This document shows positions 1 to 8,485 of a DNA stretch of 32,626 nucleotides, piece after piece. Positions within the stretch are counted from its first letter, which is position 1. Every line of letters starts with the position of its first letter. This DNA comes from a virus (lineage: Duplodnaviria; Caudoviricetes): positions 1 to 32,626 of IMG/VR virus record IMGVR_UViG_3300042898_002829. The stretch is one strand, 5' to 3'. A program made the translations under genes and the position numbers. Under the pieces are notes generated by a model. It did not search any database, was not told the DNA's origin, and saw nothing but the letters and a program-made list of their open reading frames with translations.

Positions 1-181
1 CTAGAGGGAATTAAGGCTCAAGTTGAAACAAAAGCTAACGAGCAATCAGCTGAAGTAAAAGGATTAATTGAAGCTGTAAAAGCTGAAAACAACGCTGTAA
101 TCGAAGGATTGAAATCAGATTTGAAATCAGTTCAAGAGCATTCAGACAAACTAGACTTGAAACTTCAAGAAAAATCAGCTG
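1..181. repeat. Terminal direct repeat copy 1 (assembly overlap of a circular or circularly permuted genome)
   Basis: 1-181 matches 32446-32626 except A54 vs G32499 (GAA/GAG, synonymous Glu). Confidence 0.97.
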
Positions 182-1101
182 AATTGAAAAAAGGTGAAGA
201 CACTTTGGTAAAATCAATTTCTGAAAACTTTACTCAAATTGGTAACGTTCGTAAAGGTGCAGCAGTACAAGTAAAAGCGGTTGGAGACATGACCCTTCCT
301 GTAAACTTGTCAGGAGCTCAACCAAAAGATTATAACTTTGATGTTGTAATGATACCTGGTCAAGCAGTAAACGTTTCAGACTTAGTTGGTTCTGTTACTA
401 TTTCAGGAGGCACTTATACATTCCCACGTGAGGGAGCTGGTGAAGGTTCTGTCGGAGCACAAACCGAGGGAGCTACTAAAAATCAAAGAGATTACGATTT
501 TACAATGGTTGACGTTAATACTGACTTTATTGCAGGATTTACACGTTACTCTAAAAAAATGGCTAACAACTTGCCTTTCTTGACTTCATTTATTCCTAAA
601 GCTCTACGTAGAGACTACGCAATTGCAGAAAACGCTTCTTTCAATGCTGTATTGGCTGCTGCCGCAACTGCATCAACTGAGGTTATCACAGGGAAAAATA
701 GAATTGAAATGTTGATTAACGAGATTGCTAAACAACAAGATGCAAACTACGCAGTTACTGGTATTGTAGTTCGTCCTTCTGATTATTGGGGTATTTTAAA
801 AACTGAGAAATCAACAGGAGCAGGATACGGTTTACCAGGTGTTGTTACTTTTGAAGGAAGCCAATTGAGAATCAACGGTATCGCAATTTATCAAGCTACT
901 TGGTTAGCTGCTAATAAATATTTTGTTGGTGACTGGAATAGAGTTAACAAAATTGTTACAGAAGGTTTATCTTTAGAGTTTTCAGAGCAAGAAGGTACTA
1001 ACTTTGTTAAAAACAATATTACAGCACGTATCGAAGCTCAAGTAGCTCTAGCAGTTGAACAACCAGCAGCTTTAGTTTACGGAGATTTTACGTCCATCTA
1101 A
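1..1101 (+). CDS. HK97-fold major capsid protein, 3' part; true start is ATG 32419 across the junction (375 aa total)
   Basis: Frame is open from base 1 and joins MESLEIKNA from 32419. N-terminal coiled-coil delta domain; C-terminal 'FVGDW...FVKNNITARIEAQVALAVEQPAALVYGDF' is typical of HK97-family capsids; follows the prohead protease. Confidence 0.93.
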   Translation, partial: LEGIKAQVETKANEQSAEVKGLIEAVKAENNAVIEGLKSDLKSVQEHSDKLDLKLQEKSAELKKGEDTLVKSISENFTQIGNVRKGAAVQVKAVGDMTLPVNLSGAQPKDYNFDVVMIPGQAVNVSDLVGSVTISGGTYTFPREGAGEGSVGAQTEGATKNQRDYDFTMVDVNTDFIAGFTRYSKKMANNLPFLTSFIPKALRRDYAIAENASFNAVLAAAATASTEVITGKNRIEMLINEIAKQQDANYAVTGIVVRPSDYWGILKTEKSTGAGYGLPGVVTFEGSQLRINGIAIYQATWLAANKYFVGDWNRVNKIVTEGLSLEFSEQEGTNFVKNNITARIEAQVALAVEQPAALVYGDFTSI

Positions 1102-1132
1102 GGTAAATTCTTACAAATAATAACTTTATTTT

Positions 1133-1160
1133 AAAGCCCTCATTATTGGGGGCTTTTTTT
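1133..1160 (+). terminator. Rho-independent terminator after the capsid gene
   Basis: AAAGCCCTCA-TTAT-TGGGGGCTTT followed by a T tract. Confidence 0.85.
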
Positions 1161-1182
1161 GTATACATAAACTTTTTTTTAT

Positions 1183-1190
1183 TATATTTG
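1183..1190 (+). promoter_or_regulatory. Bacteroidota sigma-A -7 element (TAnnTTTG)
   Basis: TATATTTG between the terminator and ORF 1211. Confidence 0.7.
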
Positions 1191-1210
1191 TATAAATAAA
1201 TAAATTAAAT

Positions 1211-1396
1211 ATGAAAAAATATAAAATATTAACTGACTTATACAAGCTTTCAGAATCTAAACACTATAAGGCAGGAGAAGAGATTGAGCTTACAGAAGAA
1301 GAGGCTAAACCACTTATTGATAGTCATATTGTTAAAGGTTTAGTTATTGAAACTAAAGTTATTGAAGCTAAAGTAAAGCGTAACCCGAAAAGCTAA
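1211..1396 (+). CDS. Small hypothetical protein downstream of the capsid gene (possible head accessory)
   Basis: 61 aa with 'YKAGEEIELTEEEAKPLI', a pattern common in small post-capsid phage proteins; A-rich start context. Confidence 0.7.
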   Translation: MKKYKILTDLYKLSESKHYKAGEEIELTEEEAKPLIDSHIVKGLVIETKVIEAKVKRNPKS

Positions 1397-1430
1397 TAGA
1401 GTAGGGAATTAACCAAAAAAAATTAAAATT

Positions 1431-1589
1431 ATGTCGGTAACTTATTTTAACAAAACAGATTTAGTAATGTTCGGAGAGTATTTACTATCAGAAAAAAGAC
1501 AGCAAAGCGTAAGTGAACTCAACAAAAATGAAGTAACACACGCAGACGTAGAGAATTTTTTGGAAACAATAAATTTTTGGAATCAATAA
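1431..1589 (+). CDS. Hypothetical protein, 52 aa (absent from ORF track)
   Basis: MSVTYFNKTDLVMFGEYLLSEKRQQSVSELNKNEVTHADVENFLETINFWNQ; A-rich leader, fills the gap before a terminator. Confidence 0.75.
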   Translation: MSVTYFNKTDLVMFGEYLLSEKRQQSVSELNKNEVTHADVENFLETINFWNQ

Positions 1590-1622
1590 AAAAGTCGGAT
1601 TAATTTAAAAAGAAAGGGGATT

Positions 1623-1653
1623 AAAGGAGATATAGAAATGTATCTCTTTTTTT
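1623..1653 (+). terminator. Rho-independent terminator
   Basis: AAAGGAGATATA-GAAA-TGTATCTCTTTT plus TTT. Confidence 0.75.
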
Positions 1654-1655
1654 GT

Positions 1656-1663
1656 TATCTTTG
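1656..1663 (+). promoter_or_regulatory. -7 promoter element for the 1707-3697 block
   Basis: TATCTTTG immediately after the terminator. Confidence 0.65.
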
Positions 1664-1706
1664 TAAAAAGTATAGTTTTAAGCAATAAATAAAAAAATAA
1701 ATAATT

Positions 1707-2132
1707 ATGGCAAATGTAATTTACAATTCTTTTAAAAGAGATATTATAAATGGTTCAATTGATTTAGACAGTGACACGATAAAATTAATGTTGGTTACTT
1801 CTGCATACACTCCTGACCAAGACGCACACGCTAAAGTTAGCGACGTTACTAATGAGGTTACTGGAGTTGGATATACTGCTGGCGGTATTACTTTAGCAAA
1901 TAAAACGGTAACAGTTAATAATACTACTAATTTAGCGGTTTTTGATGCTGACAACATAGTTATACCAAACGTAAGTATTACGGCAAGGGGTGGTGTTTTG
2001 TATAAGTCAAGAGGTGGTGTATCTACAGCTGATGAGTTAATAGCTTATTTAGACTTTAATATAGACATTATTTCTAGTAATGGTGACTTCTCTATTTCCT
2101 TTGATTCTAACGGTATTTTAACAATTTCATAA
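1707..2132 (+). CDS. Putative virion structural or decoration protein
   Basis: 141 aa, beta-rich; 'DLDSDTIKLMLVTSAYTPD...NEVTGVGYTAGG...ARGGVLYK' resembles a widespread phage structural family; lies in the late region. Confidence 0.65.
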   Translation: MANVIYNSFKRDIINGSIDLDSDTIKLMLVTSAYTPDQDAHAKVSDVTNEVTGVGYTAGGITLANKTVTVNNTTNLAVFDADNIVIPNVSITARGGVLYKSRGGVSTADELIAYLDFNIDIISSNGDFSISFDSNGILTIS

Positions 2133-2133
2133 T

Positions 2134-2964
2134 ATGGCAATTACAACAGTAGACGGATTATTAAGTGCTTTAGGTAATAGTTTTGATGATTTTATTATCG
2201 ATAAGTCTTCTTTATCTAATCAGATAGGGCGAATGGTTTCATTATGGCGTGCTTCGGCTGGACTTCCATTACCGGCAACCGTTCCGTCAACAGCGGTACA
2301 ATTAGTTAATGGGGATCTTGGATGCATTCCTTTTACAAATCAAACCTTGCCATCAAAAGCGTATTTAGGGTTTACAGATTATTCTAACTCAACAGCTGGT
2401 AATGCGTTAGTTTTATGTGACAGACTAGTTAATTCAGGCGGACTTTCATTTAATATCACAACTTTACAAACTACTAATTTACCTCTTAATTTAGAAACTT
2501 TATCAGTTTCTGCAGAAAGGATTGGAACTTCTAATTATAGTGAAATACAATGGTATTTAGAAGTGTATACAGATAGTGGGGCGACTGCTTCGAATGCTAC
2601 GGTTTCGGTTGTTTATGACGACAATACAACTGGAAGTTTAGCCGTAGTTGCTGTAGGTGGTCAATTAAGAGGGGGACAATGTGTTCCTTTAAATGCTCTT
2701 AAACCGAATAACGGAAAATTTATAAAAGGAATTTCAAGCGTTCAATTAAGTGCAGGTACTGGTAGTATAGGTAATTTTGGGTTTACAGCCGTTAAAGAGT
2801 TAGCTAGCTGTAGTAATGATATATCTTATAAGAGAGAAAATTTTGATTGGGCAAAATTAGGACTTCCAGCTATTCCAACTAATTGTTGTTTATTTCCTAT
2901 GGTATTTCCTGTTGCTACATCATCAGGGATTATAAAATCTATTGGTAAAATAATATATGGGTAA
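2134..2964 (+). CDS. Putative minor structural protein
   Basis: 276 aa, Ser/Thr/Gly-rich and beta-rich, tightly coupled to neighbours in the late operon. Confidence 0.55.
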   Translation: MAITTVDGLLSALGNSFDDFIIDKSSLSNQIGRMVSLWRASAGLPLPATVPSTAVQLVNGDLGCIPFTNQTLPSKAYLGFTDYSNSTAGNALVLCDRLVNSGGLSFNITTLQTTNLPLNLETLSVSAERIGTSNYSEIQWYLEVYTDSGATASNATVSVVYDDNTTGSLAVVAVGGQLRGGQCVPLNALKPNNGKFIKGISSVQLSAGTGSIGNFGFTAVKELASCSNDISYKRENFDWAKLGLPAIPTNCCLFPMVFPVATSSGIIKSIGKIIYG

Positions 2965-3452
2965 TGGCTAGTTATACAAGAGCATTTAGTAGGTATCACG
3001 GAGGTGATTCTATTTGGGTTAATAAAACGAATGCTTCTGTTATTGTAGAAAAGGACTTTTTTGGACTATTAAATGTCAATTTAGCATCTTCTCAATTAAA
3101 TTTAGAGCTAAATAACGTTGTATTATCTGGGGGTGCTTCTTTATCAGACATACAAATAAATCTTCAATTAGATTTAAATAATGCAGTTACAAAAGGACAA
3201 GCAAACTTAGAGACAATTAGCGAAAACTTATTGTTAAATATTTTAAATGTTGATGCTTTTAGCGACTTATATAGAAGTGGGAATGCTTATACTAACAGCT
3301 CTAATTTAACTTTAGTTCAAAACAATGTAAGTGCAGCTATATTACCAGGCTTTAATTATGAATTAGTATCATTATACTCAAAAATAAATAATAAAATAGA
3401 ATGGGAAAAATCTATAAAGGTCAAACTGACCTTACAATCGAAGTTACGTTAA
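2964..3452 (+). CDS. Hypothetical (putative structural) protein
   Basis: 162 aa, TAATG-coupled to the upstream gene, Asn/Leu-rich. Confidence 0.55.
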   Translation: MASYTRAFSRYHGGDSIWVNKTNASVIVEKDFFGLLNVNLASSQLNLELNNVVLSGGASLSDIQINLQLDLNNAVTKGQANLETISENLLLNILNVDAFSDLYRSGNAYTNSSNLTLVQNNVSAAILPGFNYELVSLYSKINNKIEWEKSIKVKLTLQSKLR

Positions 3453-3697
3453 ACTTTAATATAACAGGTTTTAGTTCATCGTTGCTTATTTTTAGAAGCC
3501 CAAAAGGGGAGGAAAAAATAGCGACAACCACCAGCGTTTTAGACTCAGTCAATGGAGTTTTAAAATTCACACCAGATGACGATACCTTTTTTGACGAAAC
3601 AGGTATTTGGAGGTGTTGGGCAAAATGTATTAGCAGTAGAGGCTTAATATGTATAGGTGAGTCTAGCCAATTTATTATTTATGAAGAGGGTTATTAA
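3401..3697 (+). CDS. Hypothetical protein, possible Ig-like/BppU-N-like domain
   Basis: 98 aa; 'NGVLKFT...FFDETGIWRCWAK' pattern. Confidence 0.55.
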   Translation: MGKIYKGQTDLTIEVTLNFNITGFSSSLLIFRSPKGEEKIATTTSVLDSVNGVLKFTPDDDTFFDETGIWRCWAKCISSRGLICIGESSQFIIYEEGY

Positions 3698-3728
3698 TTC
3701 GTATATTTTAAAAAATAAATAAATAATT

Positions 3729-4175
3729 ATGACATATTTAAGCGTAATAACACTAGAACGTGCTAAAAACTATTTAAGAATAGACTTAGATAATACTGAC
3801 GATGACGTAGAAATAATTTATATGATTAATGCTGCATGTAGATATGTAGAGAAAAGAACAAATCATATTTTGTATGCTAGACCTATTGTTTATAATGGTA
3901 GTTGTCAAGTAAAGGTTTACGACTATCCAATAAACACTATTATTACAACGCCTTTGCCTTTTAAAGTTAATTTCTCAATGTTTACCGTATATCCAGACGT
4001 TAAAACTGTAGAATTAAATGTAGGTTATGCTCAGGACGAGGTTCCTGATGATATTATACAGGCTATGTTGCAAATAATTAAGGTTTTTTACTATGAGTCA
4101 GAAAAACAAGTTAATACAACTTTAATACCTGAGTCAGTAAAAGAAATATTAGATTTATATAAAAGATTCATATAA
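3729..4175 (+). CDS. Head-tail connector (HK97 gp6/SPP1 gp15-like)
   Basis: 'ITLERAKNYLRID...DDVEI...INAA' and 'VPDDIIQAMLQII..FYY' motifs; synteny. Confidence 0.88.
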   Translation: MTYLSVITLERAKNYLRIDLDNTDDDVEIIYMINAACRYVEKRTNHILYARPIVYNGSCQVKVYDYPINTIITTPLPFKVNFSMFTVYPDVKTVELNVGYAQDEVPDDIIQAMLQIIKVFYYESEKQVNTTLIPESVKEILDLYKRFI

Positions 4176-4498
4176 TGTTATCAAGACAGTACGATAAAAA
4201 GATACAGATTTACAGAATAGAAACTGTAGCGGATGGCTATGGAGGTTCAACTGTATCTGATGTCTTAATTGGTTCTTATTGGGCTGAGGTAAGTCAAAAT
4301 TCTGCATTTCGTGATACTCAGCAAGGAATGAGCACTATAAAAAACAATTGGTCGTTTAAAATACGTGCAAATGATTTTATTACACCTTATGTAAATAATC
4401 TATCAATATTGTATAGAGGAAATAAGTACGTAATAAACGATATTCGTTACAACGATGAGTTATTCAGAGAATTAAACATTACAGCAAATGGCATCTAA
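4175..4498 (+). CDS. Head closure/head-tail adaptor (SPP1 gp16-like)
   Basis: 'KIQIY...DGYGG...WAEV...FKIR...ILYRGNKYVI' pattern; synteny. Confidence 0.85.
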   Translation: MLSRQYDKKIQIYRIETVADGYGGSTVSDVLIGSYWAEVSQNSAFRDTQQGMSTIKNNWSFKIRANDFITPYVNNLSILYRGNKYVINDIRYNDELFRELNITANGI

Positions 4499-5003
4499 AG
4501 GACTTAATCAAACAATAGCTAAATTAAAAGCTTATGGTAAAGAAATGGAGAAATTAATAAATGCTGAGGTACAGGCTACTGCTATACAGATAGAAAATGA
4601 TGCAAAGAAATTAGCTCCTAAAAACTTTGGTAAATTAGCTCAGTCAATATCACATTCAAAAGTAGATGAATCAACATATAAAGTAACTGTAAATGAGTTA
4701 TACGGAGCTTATATGGAGTTTGGTACAGGTACAAAAGTAAAAGTTCCAGCCGAGTTTGCGGATATGGCAAAAACTTTTAAAGGCAAAAAAAGTAAGGGTA
4801 CATTTAAACAAGCCTTAGAAAGTATAAAATTGTGGTGTAAAGCAAAAGGAATAGACGAAAAGGCAGCTTATCCAATATTAGCAAAGATTTTAGGTGCTGG
4901 TGTAAATCCTCAACCCTTCTTATATCCTGCATACAAAAAAGGAGAAAAAACCTTTGAGGATAATTTGAAAAAGATATTAGAGGCAAAAGAAAAGAAAATT
5001 TAA
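4488..5003 (+). CDS. HK97 gp10-family tail completion protein
   Basis: 'AKKLAPKNFGKLAQSI', 'YGAYMEFGT' and 'PQPFLYPA' motifs. Confidence 0.88.
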   Translation: MASKGLNQTIAKLKAYGKEMEKLINAEVQATAIQIENDAKKLAPKNFGKLAQSISHSKVDESTYKVTVNELYGAYMEFGTGTKVKVPAEFADMAKTFKGKKSKGTFKQALESIKLWCKAKGIDEKAAYPILAKILGAGVNPQPFLYPAYKKGEKTFEDNLKKILEAKEKKI

Positions 5004-5004
5004 C

Positions 5005-5012
5005 TATCTTTG
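5005..5012 (+). promoter_or_regulatory. -7 promoter element ending 4 nt before ATG 5017
   Basis: TATCTTTG-TTAC-ATG. Confidence 0.6.
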
Positions 5013-5016
5013 TTAC

Positions 5017-5448
5017 ATGGCAGTAAATATAAACCCAGATAAATATATACGTAAAGCAGTTTTTGATGCTACTAATAATATTGTTGTAGGCTCAAAAATA
5101 ATAAAATGTTTTGATAGTCGTGTAACAGGTAGCTCAAATTTAAACGAGTATATTTTAATGACTACTCAGGATAAGTCAGTATTGAAAAATACTAAATGTA
5201 ATCATAATTGGGAGTGCTCTATGCTAATTGAAATTTATACAAAGTATTCAAGCGCTGGAAATACTGGAAGTAGAGTTTTGTTAAATGATATTGAACAAGC
5301 GGTTATAGACGTTTTGAATCCAAAATTAACAATAACAGGATTTACAAATGTTACTCAAAATATTACGTTCGATGCGTCTTTAGAAAGTATAACTGATGAT
5401 TCAATAATATACAGATCATTCCTTAGGTTAAACCTTGTTTTGGATTAA
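5017..5448 (+). CDS. Putative tail terminator
   Basis: 143 aa between the gp10-like gene and the tail tube; size and position fit. Confidence 0.65.
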   Translation: MAVNINPDKYIRKAVFDATNNIVVGSKIIKCFDSRVTGSSNLNEYILMTTQDKSVLKNTKCNHNWECSMLIEIYTKYSSAGNTGSRVLLNDIEQAVIDVLNPKLTITGFTNVTQNITFDASLESITDDSIIYRSFLRLNLVLD

Positions 5449-5518
5449 TTATTGATATATAAAAATAATTTAGTACATTTACAACAAATAAATTAATTAA
5501 CAATTTAAAAATAAAAAA

Positions 5519-5959
5519 ATGGCAGATAAAATTAAAGGCGAAGGACTGATTCTTTACATCCACGATGGTAGTATTTATAAACCTTTAGCTTGTCTTACAA
5601 GTAATAGTTTAGATAGTCAACTAGGTATGATTGAATCTAGAACTAAATGTGCTCCAGGGGTTGTAGAGAAGCAAGCGGGTGTATTTACTTATACTTTGTC
5701 AGCAGACGCAATTGCTATAGATACGACTAGTGTAGGCGGAGACAGTACAAAAGCATCTCACGATTTTATTTTAGCAGTTCAAAGGTCAAAAGAAATTATT
5801 AACTGGAAAATGGATTCTGGTACAACTTCGTTAACTTACTACGGAACTGGTTTAATAACTTCATTAGGATTTAGCGCACCTACAGGTGACGAGTTTGCAA
5901 CATTTTCACTTACCATTGATGGTTCTGGCGATATTGCTACTGCTGACCCACTAGACTAA
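5519..5959 (+). CDS. Major tail tube protein
   Basis: 'KGEGLILY...ACLTSNSL', 'YYGTGLITSL...DEFATFSLTIDGSG' resemble siphovirus tail tubes; precedes chaperones and tape measure. Confidence 0.85.
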   Translation: MADKIKGEGLILYIHDGSIYKPLACLTSNSLDSQLGMIESRTKCAPGVVEKQAGVFTYTLSADAIAIDTTSVGGDSTKASHDFILAVQRSKEIINWKMDSGTTSLTYYGTGLITSLGFSAPTGDEFATFSLTIDGSGDIATADPLD

Positions 5960-5963
5960 TTTT

Positions 5964-6314
5964 ATGGTACAAAACAAAATTATATTACTAGATAAAGAAT
6001 TTCACTTTGGTATTGGTTTTTTAACTGAGCTACTTGAAAATACAGGCTATACTTTGCAAGAAATTGGAGAAAAGATGGAGAGTGGAGATGTTTCTATTTA
6101 TCCAAAATTAATGTATTACTCTCATTTATATGCTATTCAAAGAAAAAAAGAACAGCCTGATTTTGATATTTATGATATAAACGACCTTATTGATGAAAAC
6201 GGAGGGATTGCTGGAACTTTAGTTGTTGATTTTACTAAAGCTTTTTTTGCTTCTTTGCAAAAAGGGGTTCCTGTAGATGAAAATAAAAAAAAAGTTACGA
6301 GGAGCACAAAATAG
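5964..6314 (+). CDS. Tail assembly chaperone (gpG-like)
   Basis: 116 aa between tube and tape measure, ending near an A9 slippery run. Confidence 0.8.
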   Translation: MVQNKIILLDKEFHFGIGFLTELLENTGYTLQEIGEKMESGDVSIYPKLMYYSHLYAIQRKKEQPDFDIYDINDLIDENGGIAGTLVVDFTKAFFASLQKGVPVDENKKKVTRSTK

Positions 6315-6637
6315 ATTGGAATAAAGACGTTATCTCTTTTGCTATAGGCGAACTTGGAATATCTACACTGGAGCTTGTTTACGACATGACCTTTGCAGAG
6401 TTTCAAATTCGCCTATTTGCTTGGACAAGAATGCAAAATAGAGATTGGGAAAAAGTTCGTATCTTAGCATGGTATTCTTATGTCGGCTCTCATGTTGATC
6501 CTAAAAAATTACCCAGCTCAATTACTAGTTTTATGCCAATAGATACAGATAAAAAACAAAATGTAATTTCAGAAGCACATATTAAAAGATTTAAAGAAGT
6601 TACTGCTGAATATGAAAAACAATTAAAATTAAAGTAA
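5964..6637 (+). CDS. Tail assembly chaperone gpGT-like fusion via -1 frameshift at 6285-6293
   Basis: The -1 frame is open from the A9 run (preceded by TAA at 6284) through 'KSYEEHKIDWNKDVISFAIGELG...MTFAEF' to the stop at 6637. Confidence 0.8.
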
Positions 6638-8485
6638 ATGGCATTAGAAGCAATAATTAGCGCAGACATAACGGACTTAAAAAAGAAGATTAAAGAAGCT
6701 GAACTTAATTTACAGGACTTTGCCAATGAAAAAGCATATAGCTTAAAATTAGGCTTAGATACTACAGAAGTTAATAAGAATATAAAGTCTACAAAGTCCG
6801 CATTAAATGAGTTTAAGAGTACTTTAAAAGACACTGGAGCTTCATTTCAAAAAGATTTAACTCCAAAGATTGCAAATGGGTCAAACGCTTTGACACAATT
6901 TGGTAGAATAGCACAAGATGCTCCATTTGGAATAATGGGAGTCGGTAATAACATTACAGCTACTGCCGAATCATTTGGTTATTTAGTAAAAGAAACTGGG
7001 TCTGCTGGTGGTGCATTAAAGGCGGTGGCTTCATCTATTATGGGAACTGGAGGTATATTACTAGCTGTGTCTTTAGTTACTTCCGCACTTACTTATATGA
7101 GTCAAAGTGGAGTAAGCGTTTCGGATGTATTTAGTAAGCTTTCTGGCACTTTTGACCAAAATAGAAAAGATATGCAGGATATGAATGCTGAGGTCGCTAA
7201 AAACGCACAGGCTCAGATTTCAAGTGTTGGGGCTTATGTTTCGGCTGCTAAAAATATTAATCTTTCTATGGATGAAAGGTTAATAGCAGTTAGAAAACTA
7301 CAAGAAGAATACCCTGCATATTTTGGTAATTTGTCAAAAGAACAAATTCTTAATGGTAATGTAGCTGGAGCAGTTAGGGAAGTTACAAAAGCTTTAATTG
7401 AGAAGGCTAAAGCTGCATCTTATGTTGACAAAATAGTAAAATTAGCTGAGGCAGAAGAAAATTTACAAAGTAGTTTAAAAAATGAAATAATTGATATTGC
7501 AAGAGCTTATAAGCTTACTAATAAAGAGGCTTCAATATATACCAAAGAAGTTCTTAATGGAGCAGACGCTTTTAAGTTATTAGAACCGTTTAAAAATAGA
7601 GCAGGTTTTTTCGATGTTGCAGGTGCGGTAGCTTCTTCTAATTCTATAATAAGTTTAAGAGATGAGCTTTTTTTAAATAGAAAGGAGCAAGAAAAATACA
7701 CAAATGATATTAATAAAAGCACTTCTGCCTACATTAAATTAGAGGCTGTAAAAGAAAAAGCAGACAAAAAAATAAAAGAAAAAAAATATAAAAACCCTAA
7801 TCCAAATTTTGATAGCGGTAATGGATTTATACCAGGCGGAATTGTTAACCCAAATTTAGGATTGCAAACTCCAGATTTAGGAGTAGACGAAGCGGCTATA
7901 AATGCAGCAGAAAAATTAAAGGCAGGTTTAGCTTTACAAAAACAGGCAATAATTGATTTTAACAAAGACGTAAACTCTTTAACAGAGGGGTCTTTAACAA
8001 GAACATTTGAAAATTTAGGAACAGCAATAGGAACTGCATTAGCACAAGGTAAAAATGTATTTGGAGCAATAGGACAATCTTTATTGGCTTCTTTGGGTGC
8101 GTTTTTATCTGAGATGGGGTCTTTACTTATAAAATACGGTACATTAGCTGTAGCAAAAGGAGTTATTGATAAAGCATTAACTTCTGGAAACCCGGCTTTA
8201 TCTATTGGAGCAGGTGTAGCCGCAATTGGAGTAGGTATAGCATTAAAGTCAGCTGGCGGAGCAATTGCTAATAAGGCAGGAGGCAGTAGTAGTTCTGCTA
8301 GTGGTAATTCTTATTCAAGTGGAGCGTCTTATAACTCCCCAGCTTCTTCTTCATCTATTAGTGGAGGTGGTTCATCATTTGGAAGCGGAACAGTAATATT
8401 TGAAATAGCAGGTGATAAATTAATAGGTGTTCTATCAAATACAATGGATAAAAATAAAAGGTTAGGGGGACTAGCACGTATATAA
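6638..8485 (+). CDS. Tape measure protein
   Basis: 615 aa, helical and Ala/Gly-rich, 'RIAQDAPFGIMGVGNNI' motif, hydrophobic segments; follows the chaperones. Confidence 0.88.
   Translation: MALEAIISADITDLKKKIKEAELNLQDFANEKAYSLKLGLDTTEVNKNIKSTKSALNEFKSTLKDTGASFQKDLTPKIANGSNALTQFGRIAQDAPFGIMGVGNNITATAESFGYLVKETGSAGGALKAVASSIMGTGGILLAVSLVTSALTYMSQSGVSVSDVFSKLSGTFDQNRKDMQDMNAEVAKNAQAQISSVGAYVSAAKNINLSMDERLIAVRKLQEEYPAYFGNLSKEQILNGNVAGAVREVTKALIEKAKAASYVDKIVKLAEAEENLQSSLKNEIIDIARAYKLTNKEASIYTKEVLNGADAFKLLEPFKNRAGFFDVAGAVASSNSIISLRDELFLNRKEQEKYTNDINKSTSAYIKLEAVKEKADKKIKEKKYKNPNPNFDSGNGFIPGGIVNPNLGLQTPDLGVDEAAINAAEKLKAGLALQKQAIIDFNKDVNSLTEGSLTRTFENLGTAIGTALAQGKNVFGAIGQSLLASLGAFLSEMGSLLIKYGTLAVAKGVIDKALTSGNPALSIGAGVAAIGVGIALKSAGGAIANKAGGSSSSASGNSYSSGASYNSPASSSSISGGGSSFGSGTVIFEIAGDKLIGVLSNTMDKNKRLGGLARI

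Noticed and set aside
109-1101. Capsid start at TTG 109
   Set aside because: Window-edge artefact; the real ATG is at 32419.
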